Source: Squalus acanthias (lineage: Eukaryota). Taken from it: DNA of 64,000 nt. The notes under the pieces were generated by a model that was not told the DNA's origin, did not search any database, and saw nothing but the letters and a program-made list of their open reading frames with translations. Numbering within the stretch: the stretch's first letter is position 1; every line of letters starts with the position of its first letter. Made by a program: the position numbers and the translations under genes. Below, one piece after another: positions 37,653 through 50,631 of this stretch. The stretch is from positions 53,384,001 through 53,448,000 of the forward strand of contig CM059432.1 of the NCBI GenBank assembly GCA_030390025.1, written 5' to 3'.

Positions 37653-38067
37653 CAGGAAACTCTTTGGTATCCGGCACCTACGGGACCGGGATGGTGCCGG
37701 TTTATTAAAAATTCCGGATAACGGAGAGGTATACCTACCAAGGTACGAGAGCCCCGTTACACAGCCACAGGTGCAGGAACCCCGGTTATACGGCCACAGA
37801 TCCAGGAGTCCCTGTTACACGGCAACAGATCCAGGAGTCCCTGTTACACGGCAACAGATCCAGGAGTCCCGGTTACACAGCCACAGGTGCAGGAACCCCG
37901 GTTACATAGCCACAGATCCAGGAGTCCCTGTTACACGTCCACAGGTGCAGGAACCCTGGTTACACGGCCACTAATATACAGTAAAACTTACCTGAACCTA
38001 CTCCTGAATTTTGCTGGTTAATAGAGAATTCCGGATATTTAGGTGCCGTTTAAACGAGAGTTTCCTG
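37653..38067. mobile_element. Tc1/mariner (Tigger/pogo-like) MITE
   Basis: TIRs CAGGAAACTCT and AGAGTTTCCTG, flanked by TA on both sides, with subterminal TCCGG repeats. Confidence 0.75.
37737..37968 (+). repeat. 29-bp minisatellite, 7 good units plus 1 degenerate
   Basis: Two unit types, CACAGGTGCAGGAACCCCGGTTACACGGC and CACAGATCCAGGAGTCCCTGTTACACGGC. Confidence 0.9.
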
Positions 38068-38809
38068 TAATATGCACCCTATTATAATACATCAACACAT
38101 GAAAATCAAGTTCTCAGCTGTTTTCAACAAGAGCTCATTGGGCCCACCTTCACGCCTGACCAGAGTTCATGCATGGTGAAGAATGGGGAAAGGTCTGTAA
38201 AGATTGATCTCCATCCAGCTTACTGATGCCTAGTTCTTTTCCAATCCAGCACCACCAGTGAGGCCAACCGGAAAATATACCATTCACTGTTGACCTCAGC
38301 GTTCAAATTCCCAATATGCATGAATTACCAATGTGCATGAAGCTCTGCGTCAGAAGCACTAAATCGTAAAGTTTATTTCAAAGTACGTTAATGCTCTACC
38401 AATGTAATTTGCAGAAGAATGACTACACTTGTTACCTGTTAAATGAACCTCTTCTTTATCCCCCAACTGTGCAATACTGATTTTTCATATGCGCTAAAAA
38501 AGTGTTTAGCAAACTGTTCTTTGTTAACAAACACATGATGCAGTGAAGTGATTCCATGCCTAAATGCATCATTACAGCACCTGACATTATCCCAATGAAA
38601 ATGATGCAGAAAATCAGAGGCCTCCCCTGCCACAATCTCGCCCCCCAACCTCATCCCGCCGCACCTCCCCCCCCCCGCCTCTTGATTGTGAGGACCCTTG
38701 TGGGATGGCCTGGCTGCTGATCTCGTGGACTTACTTGTTCGTGGGCAGCCTCTGGACTGCGAGGATTCGCGCCACTTCCAACGATTCCCTGCCCGGAATA
38801 GGTGGAAAG

Positions 38810-39282
38810 TTACATACGAACATACGAACAATGACAGATGGATAAAGATCCTCTGGTCCATCGAGCCTGTCCCACATAATGGTGATATCTTGTTTATCAC
38901 AATAAATACTCTCCACCTCACCCGAAACCATGTGATCTCCTGGGAGAGGCGAAAAACCAGATAAAAACCCAGGCCAATTTGGGGGGAAAAAATCTGGAAA
39001 ATTCTCTCTGACCCATCTAGGCGATCAAAACTAGTCCAGGAGATCACGCTGGCCCTGATATCCCTGCAGTACCTACCTTCTGTAAGAGGTGATCTCCACC
39101 CCAGCCAGAAACAAATCCAGCTCTCATTTGAGGGAATTCAGCGAATCAGTATCCACCGCACGAGACGGCAGCCTGTTCCAGAGGTCCACTATTCTCTGGG
39201 AAAAGAACCACCTCCTGACATCTAACCGAGATCTGGCCTTAAATTTCTGACCCCTGGTCCTCCCTAACCTATTTAATTGGAA
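38810..39282 (-). mobile_element. CR1-like 3' fragment with a longer 3' UTR
   Basis: The reverse complement encodes an RTRG..FFSQRIVDLWNRLP-like ORF2 end, with a (TTCGTATG)n tail. Confidence 0.7.
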
Positions 39283-41523
39283 GTTGAATGGCGGCATTTA
39301 AATGAGGCTCTGGAGTTAAAATACCCTGGCCATCGTTTTTCGTGAAGCGGGTGAGTTTTGAACTGGCATCAAAGCTCACCTGCCAAAATCTGGCCCCCAG
39401 CTAAAGTCCAGGCCAGTCACCTTGAATGGAACAAATTGGTTTTATGCTCCTGAGAGAAAGAAAATCCATTTGAGTTTCCAGGAAACCATTTAGATTAATT
39501 GGGCTCCCACAGTAGTTAAAAAAATTAAAGGAAAAGGATTATTATTTAAATGTATTTACAAAGATTCAGCCTAGTTCTTAGAGTTGATACCTTGTTATTA
39601 TTTTGTCTATTTGAGGAGCTTGCTGTAGATATGTAACAACATTATATGACTGCTACTTATGGGCATGCTCATCTTTTGTTTAATAAATATTTTTTTAAAC
39701 TTAAAACCAACTTTGATGTGATGCTCTACTGGTTTTGAAGACTGGACCAATTAGTAGCTTATCTCTAGTCTTTCAAATAATCAGGATCGACTGCAAACCA
39801 ATATGGTGGGTATATTGCGTTTAATCAGATTTTAAGATGAAATATAACACACTAGTAATACAGCAAAAACATACGACCGTGACAAGCAGCTGGTACCGGT
39901 CCCGATCGAACAGACGGCTGGCTTGCGTGAACAGTTCTCTGGCTTCCGGCCTCTCTCTCTCTCTCTCTCGGGCCTTCGAGTTGGTGAGTGTGGGATCACT
40001 CTCAAAAGAGCGTTCGACCAGCCCAACTTCTGTCTGGCTCTCCCCTCCACCATCTGTGTGGACAAGCACTCAGGGTGTCACTTTTATTCTCTTTTTAGGG
40101 GTGGGCCTGAGGCCAAGTTATTGACAAGACCATTTAATCTATAGAGGTTCCTCTAAAACCTCATCAATCAATGACAGCGCAAATTCTTTGTCTTGGTTCT
40201 TGGATGAAAACCCTCCCCAAAAGGGGGTCTCATTACCTCATTCAATTTGTCTTATTGTTTAATCTTTCTGAAGGTTCTTCCTTTGGAATTCGTGTCTTAT
40301 CTCTCTTGTCCCTAGTTTGGAGTCGGACATGCCATTCTCGGCCATCAGATGTTCATAACTGCTTGTTATCAGTTATTTATGTTCATACTGTTCATGCAGC
40401 TTTAGCTATGCAAAACAAACTATTTCATTATCAGACTATTGTACCATGGAATGAATCATTAAATTCCCAAAGATATTCTATTCTCATACACTGGTTAACT
40501 TACGCCTTTTAAAGCAGTTTTATTAAACAATGTCAAAATCATAATTTAGCATTATAATATGGTTATTAGCAGTAATGGAAGAAATATAACGTTGGGCCTT
40601 GGTTGGTCAAATTAGAGAAACATAAACAAGGTTGAAATCCTAACTTGAAAACAAGATTATTTATGACCGTCACACTGCAGAATGCTATAACATCCGCAGG
40701 GACCCAAAACACAGGCAGATTCTACGCATCTATCTAACTATTCTAAGACTAGTCTGAGAGACTTTCTGTCTCTAGTTCTAATACAGTCATGTAAATACAG
40801 CATTACTCGCATCACAGTTTTATCCGCAAAACCATATACATTTCTTTAACACCCCTGATTTCTAACAGGAATGAGAACTTTTGAAGGCATAAGGTAAGCA
40901 CAACAGCTAAAAGCACTTACACAACATGTTCCTTTTTCCGAGGCAGGTTATCAAAAATTAACTAGATTTCAAGGAAAAGTCAGATAAAGGGTTTGGGGAG
41001 TAAGGATTCACTCATGAGAATGATCTAAGATACGAGGGCCAAATTAACTAGGATGAGACTGGAAAAGACCCAAAAATCCAACAGTTCCTTTGAACATACT
41101 TTTCCTTTTTTGGGAGAGTGAATTTTGCATGTGGATCAGCACACCCAGTGATTAATTAAACTTCACTAATTGGCTAGCCCGAGCACCCTGTTCCCTTGGC
41201 TCTATGCCAAGAAAATTTACCCTTGTAAGTTAACAGATATGTTTTCTGTACAATCAGACATTTGTTTTTCCTTTTTTGTATCTGAGCTAATTTTATTGGG
41301 CTCTGTTGACAAGAAACCTTGCTGGCCAGGAGCATGGGAGATGAAATCATGCACACAGGCTAGCACAATTACAATGCTGGGGAGACTGCCTGTGGTGTTC
41401 ACCTTTGGCCCACAGCTTCCTTTTTTACATTTTTGCTGAAAATAAATCTATAGAAATGCTTGACATTACTTTACTAGTCTTTGCGGTCCTAACCTCATTT
41501 TCGATTTTAGCTTTCCTCAGGAA

Positions 41524-41660
41524 ATGCCAGCCTTGGCTCAGTGGTAGCACCCTCTCCTCTGAGTCAGAAGGTTGTGGGCTTAAGACCCACTCCAGAATTT
41601 GAGCATATAATCTAGTCTAACACTTCAAATCTGAAGGAATGTTGCATTGTCTGAGTTGTT
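41524..41660 (+). mobile_element. Deu-SINE tRNA-like head fragment
   Basis: TGGCTCAGTGG A-box followed by TCTGAGTCAGAAGGTTGTGGG. Confidence 0.55.
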
Positions 41661-41712
41661 GCGGGTGATTTTCTGGGTCCCTGCTTGACAGGTGTAGTGA
41701 AAAAGAAAAAAA

Positions 41713-42142
41713 TAAAGACTTGCATTTATAAAGCACCTTTCACGACCACCGGACTTCTCAAAGCGCTTTACAGCCAATGAAGTACTTTTGGAGTGTAGTC
41801 ACTGTTGTAATGTAGGAAACGTGACAGCCAATTTGCGCACAGCAAGCTCCCACAAACAGTAATGTGATAATGACCAGATAACCTGTTTTTGTTATGTTGA
41901 GTGAGGGATAAATATTGGCCAGGACACTGGGGATAACTCCCCTGCTCTTCTTCAAAATAGTGCCATGGGATCTTTTACGTCCACTTGAGAGAGTAGACGG
42001 GGCCTCAGTTTAACGTCTCATCCGAAAGACAGCATCTCCGACAGTGCAGCACTCCCTCAGCACTGCACTGGAGTGTCAGCCTAGATTTATGTGCTCAAGT
42101 CCCTGGAGTGGGACTTGAACCCACAACCTTCTGATTCAGAAG
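41713..42142 (-). mobile_element. Deu-domain SINE (SacSINE1/AmnSINE1-related)
   Basis: The reverse complement has B-box GGTTCAAGTCC, core GTCTTTCGGATGAGACGTTAAAC..AAAGATCCCATGGCAC and an L2-like tail. Confidence 0.8.
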
Positions 42143-43543
42143 GTGCACCTAAACTATGCTGTGCCTGACCAGGCCGAGCAGCGCTGAATTTGGTGTACCA
42201 GTCCATTAATGTGGCCTGGTTGTACCCTCAGTGCAGACCACCCCTGGCAGTGCCTTGAACTTCTTGTGCCTAGAGGTGGAAAAAGCAGTGCTTCAGGGCC
42301 TTCTGACTGCTGTTGGAGAAGGGTACACCTTCTCAGGGCAACTAGTGGTTGCCAATAAATGCGGCCTTGCCAACTTCGCCCACATCTTGAGAACTAATAA
42401 AAATAAGAAAGCATCAGAGAGGCTCAGGAAATTTACAAATTCAAGTCAGACTGGAGGCACTGGCCTCGTTATTAACCTGCCCACGATGGGTGTGAGAGAG
42501 TCGGGGGGAGGTTAAAAATGAAAAAAACGGGGAACGTGCTCCTAACCCGCTACGTACGCATACGTTGCTGTTTTTAGGGGATGGGTTTCGAGGGTTCAAG
42601 TGTCCCGCCGTGGAGAGGCTGTCAATTTGGCCAGCTGCCGGACGGGAAACAGAAGAAAAAAGTGATAATGAGATCCTGTCATTAAATTCGGAAGGACCTC
42701 CGTGTCCCTGGTCGTGTCAGGTTCCCCGGCTGTTTCCGACCTCCCCCGCACCCTTCCCACTTCCCCGTAAGTATCGGGGCCACGGTGTCTGTACATGCAT
42801 ATATGGCACAAGAAGTCACTGTGGATCCTGAAAAGGCCTATTCCGAAGGCCAAAGAAGTAATGTATGCACATAATAGAAAAAAGATCATGGAGAAAAGCC
42901 TGAGCTCATGAAGTATCATGAAGGAAGTTCCAGGCAAAATTTCCTGGTCTGGAATTTCCTCCGTCACTTCACCACTCCACACAGTTCTACCATTCATTTC
43001 GGGCATGAGGAGGAAAATCCAAGGTCCCCAGCTGAAGAATCCGAGCAAAAGCTAAATCAATGCCCCTGAAAGAGGAAGAAAAAGTTAGTGGAGGTAAGAT
43101 GACACGGGGAAGCGCATGGTACAGTCTCGTGATTTTTTTCACAAATATAAAATTTTTATGAGTTTATTTTGTTATAAATTTAGGGGGAGAAATTCGGTAT
43201 CGCCCCGTTTGGGGCGCAATTATCGGCCGGGTGTAAAGTTTAGCGCCTGCAGCTAATTATCGCCTCCGACTGCAAACTTGGCTTTTATCGCCTCTGGATG
43301 TGATTGGAGCACTAAATCAGGCGCTACACACCTGACTCAAGAGGCAAAGGCCGAGGAGCGAGGCGCTACCTCAGAGCGCGGGCGAAGCTCAGGTGATGTC
43401 AGTTAGCAATGGAACACAGACACACTGGCGCCGGCCAGTTCTTAAAGGGGAGGGTCAAACTTGCTCTCCAGCCACACCTTGCTCATTGCAGCCTTGAATC
43501 TCGGCCTGGACAGACCTGTACATCGATTCTGCAGCAAAGGACT

Positions 43544-45327
43544 ATGGAGAGGGTCAGGGAGCGAGCTCAGCGCTTCAGTGACCGGGCCTTGGTGGCTCTG
43601 GTTGGCGCGGTGGAGTGCAGAAGAGCTATACTCTACCCTGAGAGTGGCAGAAGGCCATTGCCGTGCGACTACAGAAGAGTGTGAAGGGAGGTGGCTCAGC
43701 ACGTCTCCTCCAGGACCCATACTCAATGTCGCAAAAAGTTCAACGACCTCACTCGGGTCATCAGGGTGAGTGGCTGTTTTTCAATACCTCTCCATCCTTC
43801 CATCTCAACCTCACTCTATGGCCAGAGGGTCTTAAAACCCCAATGCCCAACACTCAACCAAGACCTATGGCCCTCTCATAAAACACACACACACATTCCA
43901 CACCTTGCATACAGTAAGGGCTATTCAACTATGGGAGGGACAGCAGGCAAGACCACGGCTGCATACAGTAAGGGCTATTCAACTATGGGAGGCACATCAG
44001 GCAAGACCATGGCTATATATTTACTCAGACGCCGTCCTTTTTCTTGCAGGCCAAGCTATCTCATAACAGGAGACAGCAGCAACGGACGGGTGGACGGCGG
44101 CCTCAGCTGCAACCCCTCAGCGATCTTGAGGCGCGCGTCCACAGGATCGTCGCAAGCCAGATGATTGGCCCCGTCGCCCCTGGAGAGGCCGACCCCGTTC
44201 GGGATAGCAATGGTAAGGTCATCAGCTTTCTCTCCTCTCTCATTCCACTTGTCCCTCACAACACCAGCATTTGACACTTTCAATCCAACTTACTAAATCG
44301 CTGCACTCCTTCCTCCCTTACTGCCCCCCTGTCCTCACGCTAAAGCCACTCTTGTACCTCCCTGCTTTCAGATGGTGATTCACCAGTTGAGGAAACAGAC
44401 CCTCAAGCTGCCAGTGGGAGTGAAGCTGCAGGTGAGGAGGAAGAGGATGCTGGAGCCTCAGCGCCACCCTATCCCGAGGAAGCCCATGCCCACACTGGGA
44501 CCATGTCTTCCCTGGAGGGGAGCAGGGGGGAAGGGTCTGATGAGGGTGAAGCTCCGGGACCCAGCGGTCTGCAGCAACGCCATGGGGATAGGGAAGCTTG
44601 GGGGCCTTCTCCCCGGAGGGAGAGTATGCCAGCGAGTCCTGCTGCACTGGACGCAGAGGAGGAGTGGCTCATCGCTGAAATGAACACCCAGGCGGTGGAC
44701 ATGCACACTCAGCTCATGGGTGCAGTGGGAAGGGTGCCCGAAAGCATTGATGCACTGGCAAGGAGTGTGGAGCACTTCGCTGTAGCACTGGCGGATGCCA
44801 CGCAAATGCTTAGTGCTGCAATTCAGTCACTGGCTGCCGTGATCCCACCTCTGACTGCTCTCATGCAGACTCAGATTGAGGCCACGCAAGCACTGACTGC
44901 TGCCATTGTCGTTGGTTCGGACACATTTCCCTGGGGCTCTCACTGCGCCGCAGCAGGCCATCAATCTGTGCTCCAGCAGATTGCTCTGGATGCTGAGGTG
45001 CTGCCCTGTGGGAGTCCCAGTGTGTCGGTCGAGCAGGGAGGTGATGTCGTCTCTCAAGATGACAGCATTCCTGCTGCCACCACAGTCACTTCCCCATTGC
45101 ACTTGCCACCGCCTGTAGCCCAGACCGCTGCCGCCCATGCAGAGTTGGTGCAGTCTGCAGCCGGGCCCTCCAGGCCCAGAGCTGGTCGAGGCCGTCCTTC
45201 AAGGGCATCTGTAGTCTCAGGTTCTGACAATCAGCAGCCTTCCACCAGCCTTGCTGCAGCCACTGGGGCCCCATTACAGAGGAGCAGTAGGGTGGGAAGG
45301 GGGGAAGTGCGCAAGGGCAAAAAGTAG
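43544..45327 (+). pseudogene. Myb/SANT gene of the second Harbinger; exons 43544-43765, 44050-44212, 44372-45327
   Basis: Same splice sites as copy 1. TGG>TGA stop at 43682-43684 and a 15-nt in-frame deletion in exon 1. The intron repeat is present twice (43910-44017). Confidence 0.85.
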
Positions 45328-45639
45328 GAGGTCTGACAAAATATTGGGAATGTTTTTATTAAAGGCCAAGGTTCGTGTAATAACTTTTGTTTAGTGTTTT
45401 GGCCATTATCTCCCGGTTGTGAGAACCAGTTATGTTAATTAATGATTTTTTGTGTTTGTTTCTATTAGTTTGTCACGAAGAAATGACACACACAGAGTTT
45501 GTAAAATAAATAAGATTTTGTATTGAAAATGTACATGTTTGGCCTTTGGAATCATTGCTGCCTTGGCCGGCTATAGGGGTTGTGGGTTGCTTTTCATCAT
45601 GTTGTTCTCCATGCCAGAAGCCATTTCCTCAGTAGGGGC

Positions 45640-46785
45640 CTAGAAGCGGCTTGTTATCAGTCTTTGACGGATGGCCCTTGCAGTTTCAACATTATTGGCC
45701 TCCCTCCCGCCTTGGTGCTGCTGCTGATCATGCTCCTCCTCTTCCTCCTCCTCCGGTGGTGCACCAAGGCCTGGTGGCATTGGCTGGGTCCTGAGGATTG
45801 CAAGGTTATGAAGAATGCAGCACACAACTATGAAGAGGGAGACTCGCTCAGGCGAATACTGCAGGGCTCCTCCTGAGTGGTCCAGACAGTGGAACCGTTG
45901 CTTGAGCACGCCGATCGTCTGCTCAATGATGTTCCTGGTGGCGAGATGGCTCTCATTCTACCACAGCTCAGCAGGGGTGTTGGGGTTACGGAGCGGTGTC
46001 ATCAGCCAGGTGCAGAGTGGATAACCCTTGTCCCCGAGGAGCCAACCACTTGGCTGATGCGCTGCCTGGAAAAGCTCTGGCACACCAGTCTGGCGCAGGA
46101 TGAAAGCATCGTGGCTGCTGCCAGGATAGCGAGCATTGACAGCGAGCATCAGCTGTCTGTGGCCACAGACCAACTGGACATTTAAGGAGTGGAACCCCTT
46201 GTGGTTTCGGAAAACCTCTGCATTCTCCTGCGGTGCCCGCAATGCCACATGCGTGCAGTCAATGGCACCCTGCACCATGGGGAAGCCCGCTATCCTCGCA
46301 AAGCCGAATGCGCGTTCATGATGTTTGGCCCGGGTCATCAGGAAAGAGATGTACTGGCGTCTCCTTTTATAGAGGGCATTTGTGACCTGTCGGATACAGC
46401 AATGGACCGCGAACTGGGAGATATTGGCAATGTCCCCAGTAGCTGTTTGAATGGAGCCGGTGGCATAAAAATTCAGAGCCACTGTGACCTTCACTGCCAC
46501 CGACAGAGATGTCCTGGTCCTCAGTTGAGGCTGCAGATCTGGTTACAGCAGGTGGCAGAGCTCAGTGACCACCTCCTTGCTGAAGCGCAGCCTGCGCAAA
46601 CACTGCTCCTCAGACAAATTAATGTAGGAGAATTGTTCCCGGAATACCCTGGGAGGGTAAGGTCTCCTGTGCAGAGGCCTGTTGGCCCTCCTCCGTCTGG
46701 CCATGATTGCCACTCTCTCTCTGCGTCTCTGATGCCTCCGATTCTGCACAGGACGATGCCCCGAATCAGTGCAGCCCCCAAAGTC
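45640..46785 (-). pseudogene. Harbinger transposase with two in-frame stops and a damaged N-terminus
   Basis: ORF pieces 46543-46794, 45958-46500 and 45640-45909 share one frame. DDE motifs are retained. Confidence 0.9.
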
Positions 46786-47719
46786 TCTTGACAATCGAAG
46801 GAATGAAGGTCAAATCGAAAAGAACCTGAAAAGTGCTGCTCAGTAGCCAAAACTACTTCACACAGCATTGACTCTATGTAGAAATCTGTCTCTCTCAGAA
46901 TCTCTCTCTCTCTGTCAGAATGAGTGGTGCAAAAAAGTCTCCCACAAAAAAAGGCAGGGAGAAGGTGCCTTTAAATAGCGCTCCCCCCACCCCTCACGGC
47001 TGGAAAACATTCCAGTCTCCCTGTCGTTGCTTGCGGCAGGCGGAAAGGTGGGGGGTGCCACTCAATATCCAGTCCGGGGCTCCACCGGGGCGTTACACGC
47101 TTGACTGATGTCACGATCTACGGGCACAGGAGATCGGGTTGGTAGAGTTTTGCGTTGTCGCAAAAACACTGGTCAATTTCACGAGCGGCGCAAACATCGC
47201 TGCGCCCGGGTGATAGTTGCTTTGCACCCCATTAGCGCCCTCTTAGGGCGCTAACGGGAGGCGCAAACCAACCGAATTTTCCCCTTAATCTTTAAAGAAC
47301 TGCAATGGAGTGATTAGGAACCAATTAGCTGCTGAAAGGAGTTTTAATTTTTTGTTGAGGAATTTAATTGGATAGCTTTGTAGTGAATGCTGGTTGTTCA
47401 TTAGCTGTGCAATTTGTTTCCAAAAACATTAAGTGACTTTTCTTTAAGATAGTGGTGTTTGTTTGATTGGATTTTACTGAATGGGACTTTGAGCCAATTA
47501 GTAACCTTCTTGCCCTATAGATTTTCTGTTCCCTACAGGCATTTTCTACCCTGCAAACAGTTTTTGCTCTAAGAAACTGTGTCAGACGCAAACCTTTTCA
47601 TTATGTAGATCTTTGTCTCGGTACGATTCTTTGTCCACTTTTTCTTGGTAAATTTAGCAAAAAGGTAGATGTGAATAAAAAGTGATGTAATTTGTGGAAA
47701 AAATACTCAATTGAAGTGC

Positions 47720-47862
47720 TGTAACCTACAAGGCTACAGGCCATGAGCTGGAAAGTGGGATTAGGCTGGATAGTTCTTTTTTAACCGGCACAGACATGAT
47801 GGGCCAAATGGCCTCCTTCTGTGCCGCAAATTTCTATGAATCTACTTCTATGATTCTATGAT
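47720..47862 (+). mobile_element. CR1-type 3' tail fragment
   Basis: GATGGGCCAAATGGCCTCCTTCTGTG followed by (TTCTATGA)n. Confidence 0.7.
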
Positions 47863-48652
47863 TTGTCTGTCTTTAATGCTTGTCTAAGAATTCCTATCCC
47901 TTCCCCCCCCCCCCACCCCCAGTAATGGATTAACAAATCAAAATGTTAGAAAAATTGTCTTGTCCTCAAAAATCCATGGGATGCAATCCCAACAGTTACA
48001 ATGGGATTGTGCCCGTCGCAGAACTCTGCCACTGGCACTGCCGAAGTTCACAAAATCAGGGAAAGGGGCCTACATGAGTGGGAGTTCAACAGTTTGGGGA
48101 TACATCTATGGCTTCCCCTGCTGAAGATCCCGGAAATGTTGATAACTGCTGGCCTGGCTGAGGGAGGAGGCTGGTTTTCCCTCCTGGAAGAACAATCTGG
48201 GTGTCCCAAACATAGGTTTAAACCGTCACCACCACCTCCACCCTCTCCACACACCACCAAAAAAAACCCATTCTGGCCTCTTCATCTTCTTAAGAATAAA
48301 ATGGCAGTGATTATTATTTGCCACTTGTTATATCATGAAAGGGATTTGGGGGTTTGGGGGAAAAATGATTTAATCCTATCAACCTTGTACATGACTGCAG
48401 TAAAATAAACTTAGTAAATTACTGTGCTGTATTATCAGGAATATAGAATACCAATTTAAAAAAAATGATGTAATTACTGTATATTGGTTACATTCTATCT
48501 GAAGTACTGCATGCAAGACTGGCTGCCATATGTTAAGAAAGACAATGTGGTCCATGAGAGCATGCATCATAGAGCAATCAGGATGATGGCTGATCCTGGG
48601 AATCTAAGTAATGGAAAAAGTATAAGGAAGTTGGGATTGTTCCCATTAGCAT

Positions 48653-48972
48653 GGGCAACACGGTGGCATAGTGGTTAGCACTGTTGCCTCACAGCGCCAT
48701 TACCCGGGTTCGAATCCGGCCCCGGGTGACTGTCTGTGTGGAGTTTGCACATTCTCCCTGTGTCTGCGTGGGTTTCCGCCGGGTGCTCTGGTTTCCTCCC
48801 ACAGTCCAAAGATGTGTGGGTTAGGTTGATTTGGCTATGATAAATTGACCCTTAGTGTTAGGGGGATTAAATACGTGGGGTTACGGGGATAGGGTGGGAT
48901 ATGTGTCGGTGCAGGCTCGATGGGCTGAAATGGCCTCTATCTGCATTGTGGGGATTCTGTGATTTTCTGTGA
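48653..48972 (+). mobile_element. HE1-like V-SINE, inserted in an old CR1 remnant (~48570-49200)
   Basis: A-box TGGCATAGTGG, B-box GGTTCGAATCC (48707-48717), V-domain TGTGTGGAGTTTGCAC..GGTTTCCTCCCACAGTCCAAAGA and a CR1-like tail. Confidence 0.85.
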
Positions 48973-50631
48973 TAAAAGAGATTTCAAGGTAATCTAATAG
49001 AAATGTTGAAAATTATGGAAGGTGCTGGTAACGTTAGACAATTGGTTCACACTGCCCAGAGGTCAAAACTAGTTTAATAATTCGATAAATGGGGAAGTCA
49101 GTCAGAATTACTTCACACAAAGAATAATCGGCATATGGAGTAAATTGCCAAAGAAAGTCAATGAGATGAATAGTATTAATTTGTTGAAGAGACTACCAGA
49201 GAGGTAATATTATAAAATTGTGCCCTCAGGCAATGCATATTGGAGATTAACCATTCACTCCCCCAACCCCATGATTTTCCACCCATTAACTTTGGTGAAT
49301 GGATAATCATGAAGAGCGTGTGGCCACATTCCCGATATGCGCACATGGGGCCAAGGCACCCTCTGCGAGTATAATTTTGTGAAATTACACCTTAGATGCT
49401 TGTGAAGAAGGAGCGATTTAATCAATGTGGTGAGAAGGCAGAGTTTCACTTAATCACAAAAATGATGTGTAAGTTAGCTGCTGATTATTAACTGTGTTTT
49501 TTACTGATGATTACCAATCAGCATTATGCGACTGCATCAGTGACCTCTGGGTGATAATTTCTTTCGCCTATCTAGCCAAAAATAAGTGCTGAAAATGGCT
49601 GAAAAAATATTTCAATTTAACATTGAGATTATTCTAACATTGCAATATTCTTGAATATTTTATGAAATGTAAACTACTGCAATGCAGACATTATAGCAGC
49701 TGATGCCACATTCTGATTACATTTAGTTATAAGGGTAATAAAGTGTGACTAGTTACTTCTGGGCTGATGCTGAGAAGGACACTTTGGAAAAATGATAAAA
49801 GGAGCAATTTGTTCACCATACCAGCATATTTGTAACAAATATCAATACAGTATGTATCTGAATTTTAATATTGTAATGACAGGATAGTTGGATGTTCCTC
49901 TTTTAACTGCACACCAATGCCACCATTCGATGAAGACTGGCACCATGCCACTTATGCACATGTTAAAGATTCCTGACCTGTTACTGTGACTGATTTATAA
50001 GTCTGACACCTATTCCATCTTAATCAGTGGCAAAACATCAATGAAACTAATCCATCATTCCACAGATGGGGCAAAGGACAGTGCATATTAAACTTTATTT
50101 ACAATTATGAAGATATTAAAAACAAATTATGAAACCAAAACACATTACTGTCCTTACTGCATAAATCAGGCATATACAAATGCAAATGATGTTATATTTA
50201 TTTTGATTGCTACATTTGTCTTGATTAAAATGCTGTGCAGATGCATCGATTGAATCTGAAAGTACAGATGCAAATTGTCAATACGGGCATGATATATTAC
50301 TGGGCAGTCACACATTTAAACATGTCATACTGAGTTTTCACCAGCCTCTAAGTCTACGACATCATTTGTAAAGTAGATGAATTAGTTGGTTCAGGCTTCC
50401 AAATGTGGACGACTGAATAATTCATCATGTAATAAACATCCCACCCTCATTGTAGAGCTTTCGGTTCTTTTGTAGACCGTGGAACATTCTTCATTTCCAT
50501 TGCTAGATCTGTTGTGTTATTTGTGACATTAAACTGTCCTCCCTTTTACAATTCTTCAAGCAGCTTAATGATTACAGCAGCTAGTTGGACTAATGCTGGA
50601 CCACAGCCTAGAAGTTGCTGTCGGTGTAAAG

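Larger units (their letters stand above)
43183..47284. mobile_element. Full-length but defective Harbinger (4102 bp), same family as 21912-26092
   Basis: TIRs GGGGGAGAAATTCGGT and ACCGAATTTTCCCC, TSD TTA (43180-43182 and 47285-47287), colinear with the first copy. Confidence 0.93.

Noticed and set aside
37737..37968. CRISPR-like array of 29-bp repeats
   Set aside because: The units are contiguous with no unique spacers, there are no cas genes, and the context is vertebrate.
37411..37974. 187-aa ORF
   Set aside because: It is open only because it runs through the MITE and its minisatellite.
48653..48725. tRNA gene
   Set aside because: The A and B boxes run straight into the V-domain and CR1-like tail, so this is a SINE head.
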